A stretch of 27,690 nucleotides of DNA. Origin: Pyrinomonadaceae bacterium (GTDB lineage: Bacteria > Acidobacteriota > Blastocatellia > Pyrinomonadales > Pyrinomonadaceae). The notes under the pieces are model-generated. The model did not search any database and was not told the DNA's origin. It was given only the letters and a program-made list of their open reading frames with translations. The stretch is from contig DASPJG010000542.1 of NCBI GenBank assembly GCA_035628755.1, positions 1 through 27,690 of the forward strand, given 5' to 3'. Made by a program: the position numbers and the translations under genes. Below, piece by piece: positions 22,986-27,690 of the stretch (positions within the stretch are counted from its first letter, which is position 1; each line of letters begins with the position of its first letter).

Positions 22986-25900
22986 CTAGGTCGAATGTAA
23001 TATGCAATCACGATTATCTGTGATTGACGCTGACGAATTGAGGGCAGCCCGTATCTTCTGTGTCAGAGTCTCGGGCGTAAATGGCTTCTCTATGAAATTG
23101 ATGCCTTCATTCAAAACCCCGTGATGAATGATAGCCTCATGCGTATAGCCGGACATGAAGAGAATACCGATGTCCGGTCGCAACTGCTTGACCTGATCGG
23201 CTAATGCCCGCCCGCTTATGCGCGGCATGACTACATCCGTCAGCAGCAGATGAATCATCCCTTGATGCTGGCGGCATAAGCCAAGCGCGTTTTCTCCGTC
23301 GGCTGCCTCCAACACGGTGTAACCGGCCGAAGTCAGAATGACGCGAGCGATGGCTCTTACCATATCATCATCCTCTACGAGCAAGATGGTTTCTGTGCCC
23401 GGCGCGAGGGACTTCGTATTTTCACTCAATTGAATTTTCTCGGCTTGCCCTTCCACCTGCGGCAAATAAATCTTGAAGGTCGTGCCCAGCCCGACCTCGC
23501 TATAAACCCAGATATTTCCCTGACTCTGCTTAACAATACCGTACACGGTCGAAAGCCCCAGCCCGGTTCCTTTACCTTGTTCTTTGGTGGTGAAGAAAGG
23601 CTCGAAGATGCGCGCCCGTGTGGACTCATCCATGCCGGAGCCGTTATCGCTGACGGCCAGCATCACATATGTGCCGGGCAGGACGGTAACGTGCTGGCGC
23701 GTGTACTCTTCATCCAGATAGACATCCGCGGTCTGGATAGTGAGTTTGCCTCCATCAGGCATGGCATCTCTGGCGTTGACCACGAGGTTCATCAGGATTT
23801 GCTGAATCTGCCCAGGATCGGCTTTAACTCTTCCCAACGCCGGCGTCAGGTCAAAGAGCAGTTCCAGGTCTTCGCCGATCATGCGGCGCAGCATTTTGTC
23901 CATTTCCGAGACGATGCCATTGAGGTCGAGCACTCTCGGTTGCAAAACCTGCTTACGACTGAAAGCCAGCAATTGATGGGTTAAGGCCGCAGCGCGCTCG
24001 GCAGCTCTTTTGATCTCCGTGATGTTGACATGCAGGTGGTCTTCCGGCTTCAGACGGCGCAGGCTTAAATCACTGTATCCGGTAATTGCCGTGAGCAGAT
24101 TGTTGAAATCGTGAGCCACTCCGCCCGCCAGACGACCGACAGCTTCCATCTTCTGCGATTGCTGAAACTGGACGACGCGCTCCTTTTCCTGTTCAAGAAG
24201 CTGCTCGTTCTCAATAGCGTTGGCCGCCAGATTAGCCGCCAAACGCATCGCCGTGACATGTTCATTGCCATAAGCCGCGAGGTCATAACTTTGTATCTCG
24301 ATCACGCCGACCACCCGGCCCATGACGATCATCGGCACAACCATTGCCGAGCGTGGCGTGCGTGCATCGTCAATGTTGCCGCCACTTTGGGCGGTGGCCT
24401 GACGGCCTTCGAGAGTTTCTTGATAATCGTTGTGGACAATGATCCCGCCCGTCGTAATGGCTTGCCCGACCAGATCGTCTCCGAGCGGGAGGGTCTCCAA
24501 TTTAGAGGCATTACCCTCCGCTCCATCCGACCATAAATAGACGATGCGGCGTGCTGATTTAGCTTCACTATAGAGAGATAGGAAGAGCGATGAGCAGGGC
24601 ATGGAGGCGAGGGTGAAGGCGGACAAGGCGCGATAGATGGTTTCCAGATCGCGCGCCGTGCCAAACGTCTGTCCCAAAGATGCGACCCTTTCAAGCAACC
24701 GTTCGTATTCGCGGATGGCGCGGCGATCCGCCTCGCGCAGAGCTTCTTCGGCGAGCTTGCGCTCCGTAAAGTCGCGTGCGATCGCGGAAGCCCCCGTGAT
24801 TCTGCCGGTGGCATCTCGAATGGGAGACACGGTTAGAGAGACATGGATCAACTGCCCGTCTTTTTTACTCCGAACGGTCTGATAGAGCGAGATGCCACGA
24901 CCCGACCGAACACTTTCGAGAATCTCTTTTAACTCCTCGGTGCGCTCCGGCGGGACAATGATTGAGATATGCTTACCGATTGCCTCTTCGGCGGTATAAC
25001 CGTAAATTTTTTCCGCGCCCTTGTTCCAGTTGGTAATAACTCCATCCAGAGCCTTGCCGATGATCGCATCTTCGGAAGATTCGACGAGGAAGGCTAACTG
25101 GGAGCGCATCATCTCGGAATGTTTCTGCTCGGTGACATCCCGGATGATAAGTTGGACGGCGGACTCTCCCTGATAATTGGTTAAAATGCTCGTCGCGTTA
25201 ATATCTATGACGCGCCCGTCAAGCCGCACCAGTCGCAGGTCGCTGACCGGGCTTATCTCTCTTCTCTCCATCGTTCCGCGGAGTTGCTCGGAAATTATCC
25301 GCCGGTCGTCGGGATGCACTAGCTTCCAGATTGAGTCGCCGATTATTTCTTCCGCACTGTCGGCTCCGAAGAGCTTGATGCTGGCGGCATTGCCGTAAAC
25401 GAATTGTTCTCTGCAACTGATAACTATCGCGTCCGGGCATAGTTCGACGAGGCAGCGATAGCGTTCTTCGCTCTCGCGCAGCGCCGCCTCGGCTCGTTTG
25501 CGCTCCGTAATGTCTGTCACCATACCGAGCGCGCCGACGAATTTTCCCGTCGCATCCAGTATTGAATTAGCAGAGACTATCGTACAGAGAGTCGTGCCAT
25601 CCTTACGCCGAAACCCGGTTTCGCGCTGTTCGGCTGTCCCTTGTTTTCGCCGCTCGAAGGCATGCGTCGCTTCAACCCGTGCCTCACTGTCCATAAAATC
25701 AAAGACGGACTTGCCGAGCATCTCTTCGACCGAATAGCCGAGCATCTCGGACATCCGCTGGTTGATATAGTTCGTGCGCGCCTCCGCATCAATCATCCAG
25801 ATGCCCTCTCTGGAAGTTTCAACGATCTGGCGATACTTCTTCTCACTCGCACGCAAGGCGGCAAGTGTTTTAGAACGTTCGATAGTGTAGCGAATGGTAC

Positions 25901-26255
25901 GTTCGAGCAACGGCCTGTCTATTTGACCTTTAATCAGGTAGTCAAACGCCCCTGCCTTCATCGCCTTAACATCTACATCATGATCTTCCTGAGCCGTCAG
26001 TAAGATCGCCGGAACGCGGTAGTCATGTGCCCGTGCTTCGTGTAGAAGATCAACCCCGGTATGTTCACCGAGGCAATAATCAATGAGACAGATATCGTGC
26101 CCGTTTTGTTTTATCAGTTTCAGTGCCTCTTGGTACGTCGCCGCCCAAGTCAACTCAAATCTACTAGACTCGATTTCCGAGAGTAAATCGCGGGTTAATA
26201 TATAGTCATCCTCATCATCCTCGACGAGCAGAACTTTGATTACGTTGTTATACAT
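22986..26255 (-). CDS. Hybrid sensor histidine kinase REC-PAS-PAS-PAS-GAF-HisKA-HATPase-REC
   Basis: N-terminal REC, three PAS/PAC modules ending in DITERK/DVTEQK/DFTERK, a GAF (VVPMIVMGRVVGVIEI), H-box LAGGVAHDFNNLL, NLVVNARDAM, DNGSGM, FFTTKEQGKGTGLGL, and a C-terminal REC (LLTDVVMP). Confidence 0.95.
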   Translation of the reverse strand: MYNNVIKVLLVEDDEDDYILTRDLLSEIESSRFELTWAATYQEALKLIKQNGHDICLIDYCLGEHTGVDLLHEARAHDYRVPAILLTAQEDHDVDVKAMKAGAFDYLIKGQIDRPLLERTIRYTIERSKTLAALRASEKKYRQIVETSREGIWMIDAEARTNYINQRMSEMLGYSVEEMLGKSVFDFMDSEARVEATHAFERRKQGTAEQRETGFRRKDGTTLCTIVSANSILDATGKFVGALGMVTDITERKRAEAALRESEERYRCLVELCPDAIVISCREQFVYGNAASIKLFGADSAEEIIGDSIWKLVHPDDRRIISEQLRGTMERREISPVSDLRLVRLDGRVIDINATSILTNYQGESAVQLIIRDVTEQKHSEMMRSQLAFLVESSEDAIIGKALDGVITNWNKGAEKIYGYTAEEAIGKHISIIVPPERTEELKEILESVRSGRGISLYQTVRSKKDGQLIHVSLTVSPIRDATGRITGASAIARDFTERKLAEEALREADRRAIREYERLLERVASLGQTFGTARDLETIYRALSAFTLASMPCSSLFLSLYSEAKSARRIVYLWSDGAEGNASKLETLPLGDDLVGQAITTGGIIVHNDYQETLEGRQATAQSGGNIDDARTPRSAMVVPMIVMGRVVGVIEIQSYDLAAYGNEHVTAMRLAANLAANAIENEQLLEQEKERVVQFQQSQKMEAVGRLAGGVAHDFNNLLTAITGYSDLSLRRLKPEDHLHVNITEIKRAAERAAALTHQLLAFSRKQVLQPRVLDLNGIVSEMDKMLRRMIGEDLELLFDLTPALGRVKADPGQIQQILMNLVVNARDAMPDGGKLTIQTADVYLDEEYTRQHVTVLPGTYVMLAVSDNGSGMDESTRARIFEPFFTTKEQGKGTGLGLSTVYGIVKQSQGNIWVYSEVGLGTTFKIYLPQVEGQAEKIQLSENTKSLAPGTETILLVEDDDMVRAIARVILTSAGYTVLEAADGENALGLCRQHQGMIHLLLTDVVMPRISGRALADQVKQLRPDIGILFMSGYTHEAIIHHGVLNEGINFIEKPFTPETLTQKIRAALNSSASITDNRDCILHST

Positions 26256-26346
26256 TTTAAATCCTGAGGGCTATGACGAACACAAGGTGAGTAGTGTCGT
26301 TTCTCAAGTGAGGGTTTGCGCTTATAGGCGAACGAGTACGGGTTAA

Positions 26347-27291
26347 TCAATTTGTTTTAGAATGAGCTACTAGGTCGCGGAATTCAACACTGCAATTACG
26401 ACCTCTTCTTTTAGCGGCATAGAGTGCTTGATCGGCAGCGGCAATGAGAGACTCACCGGTGCGCGCGTCGTCCGGCATCTCGGCCACGCCGAGGCTGATG
26501 GTGATCGGAATCTCAACGCGCTGGCCGTCGCTCTGGTAGAACACGAAGGGACGGATACCCACACGGCGGCGCACCCTCTCAGCCATCCCTAAAGCCTGCC
26601 GGCTATTCATCTCCGGCAGAATGATCGCCAGTTCTTCGCCGCCATAACGTGCCAGAAGGTCTACCGAGCGGGCAGTCTCGCGTAGAAGTTGACCCAGCCA
26701 GCGGAGAACCTCATCGCCGACGAGGTGGCCGTAAGAATCGTTAATGCCTTTGAAATGATCTACGTCCAACATCACAAGCGCGGCCGGGCGGTCGTATCTC
26801 TGATGGCGTTCCGTTACTTCCTGCAAAAGAGAGTCCATTGCGCGGCGATTATGAAGACCGGTCAGTTCATCGTGGCTGGCGAGTTTACGTAAGTTCTCAA
26901 TAATCTCCGACCGCTGGAGGGCGTGGCGAATGGAGCGTTCCAACAGAGGCGTATTGATCTGATTTTTAACCAAATAATCGGCAGCGCCCGCCTTCATGGC
27001 CTGTGTGTCAATGTCATACCCGGTGTGGCCAGTCAACATAATCATGGGTGCGACACAGCTAACCTCGACAGCCTCGTGCAGCAATTCTAGCCCGTTGCGT
27101 TCTCCGAGAGAATAATCAACCAGACATATATCGTGCTGGCCGCTCTCCATCTCTCGCAGGGCGTCGGGATATGTGGCTACCCATTTCAGATCGACCTGGC
27201 GACCCGGAATCTCCGAGAGCAGATTACTGGTAATCAGGAAATCGTCTTCATCGTCTTCGACGAGAAGCACTCTGAGTGGTTGGGCTAGCAC
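26347..27291 (-). CDS. Response-regulator diguanylate cyclase (REC-GGDEF, GGEEL motif)
   Basis: VLLVEDDEDD, ICLVDY, YLVK, HDELTGLHNRR, DVDHFKGINDSYGH, RSVD I-site, RYGGEEL, ADQALYAAK. GTG at 27291 has GGAGG 5 nt upstream and directly follows the upstream stop. Confidence 0.93.
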   Translation of the reverse strand: MLAQPLRVLLVEDDEDDFLITSNLLSEIPGRQVDLKWVATYPDALREMESGQHDICLVDYSLGERNGLELLHEAVEVSCVAPMIMLTGHTGYDIDTQAMKAGAADYLVKNQINTPLLERSIRHALQRSEIIENLRKLASHDELTGLHNRRAMDSLLQEVTERHQRYDRPAALVMLDVDHFKGINDSYGHLVGDEVLRWLGQLLRETARSVDLLARYGGEELAIILPEMNSRQALGMAERVRRRVGIRPFVFYQSDGQRVEIPITISLGVAEMPDDARTGESLIAAADQALYAAKRRGRNCSVEFRDLVAHSKTN

Positions 27292-27292
27292 A

Positions 27293-27690
27293 TTAACCTC
27301 CAACTTTCCCGGCCGGCAATTCAACTATTTCAAACCAGTATTTGCCGAGGTCTTTCATGACGTGAACGAGCGATTCGAACATCACCGGTTTGGTGATAAA
27401 AGAGTTCGCCCCGAGATCGTAGGTTTGGTAGATATCCGCCTCCACCTTCGAAGTTGTCAGCACGACGATGGGAATTTGTCGCAAGCTGTGATCGGCCTTA
27501 ATCTCTCTGAGAGCTTCGTGCCCGTCTTTGCGAGGCATGTTGAGGTCTAAGAGGATTAGTCCCGGGCGCGGCGAATCCTTTAACTCGGCGTAAGCGCCAC
27601 GGCGATACAGATAATCCATCAACTCTTCGCCGTCCTGCACCATGTACAGGTCATTAGCCAACCGGCTCTCCGTCAACGCATCTCTCGCCA
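27293..27690 (-). CDS. Single-domain response regulator, Rcp1/phytochrome-associated type (5'-truncated by the window edge)
   Basis: DGEELMDYL, LILLDLNMPRKDG, IPIVVLTTS, DLGANSFITKP, and C-terminal YWFEIVELP. The frame stays open to the window end. Confidence 0.9.
   Translation of the reverse strand, partial: ARDALTESRLANDLYMVQDGEELMDYLYRRGAYAELKDSPRPGLILLDLNMPRKDGHEALREIKADHSLRQIPIVVLTTSKVEADIYQTYDLGANSFITKPVMFESLVHVMKDLGKYWFEIVELPAGKVGG

Noticed and set aside
1-27690. CRISPR arrays, tRNA/rRNA genes, prophage or defence genes
   Set aside because: No regularly spaced direct repeats, cloverleaf or rRNA signatures, or phage/defence motifs were seen.

Overview
The window has three modules, probably from a diderm soil-type bacterium (an Acidobacteria/Blastocatellia-like gene style is my impression only). 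(1) 329-11561 is a lower-GC glycan-modification region. It holds a UDP-glucuronate decarboxylase, divergent from a GT-C glycosyltransferase, an FAD oxidoreductase and a PaaK/CapK-like adenylating enzyme. These converge on a cassette of two twitch-type radical SAM enzymes, a divergent GT28-like protein and a SAM methyltransferase. (2) 11895-~12800 holds back-to-back IS6 and IS110 remnants. These are followed by a near-consensus sigma54 promoter driving a high-GC three-gene operon (secreted Ser/Thr-rich pilin-like protein, two-domain chaperone-like protein, atypical usher-like protein) that looks like a non-canonical chaperone-usher pilus. It converges on a DcaP-like porin. (3) 19916-27690 is a minus-strand signalling cluster: membrane GGDEF protein, sigma54 (NtrC-family) activator, REC-PAS3-GAF hybrid kinase, REC-GGDEF protein and an Rcp1-like single-domain regulator (truncated by the window edge). 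The most interesting candidate system is the atypical pilus with its adjacent sigma54/c-di-GMP circuit. A second sigma54-like promoter in front of the GT-C operon hints at co-regulated glycosylation. All family assignments come from motif recognition by eye; no database search was run.
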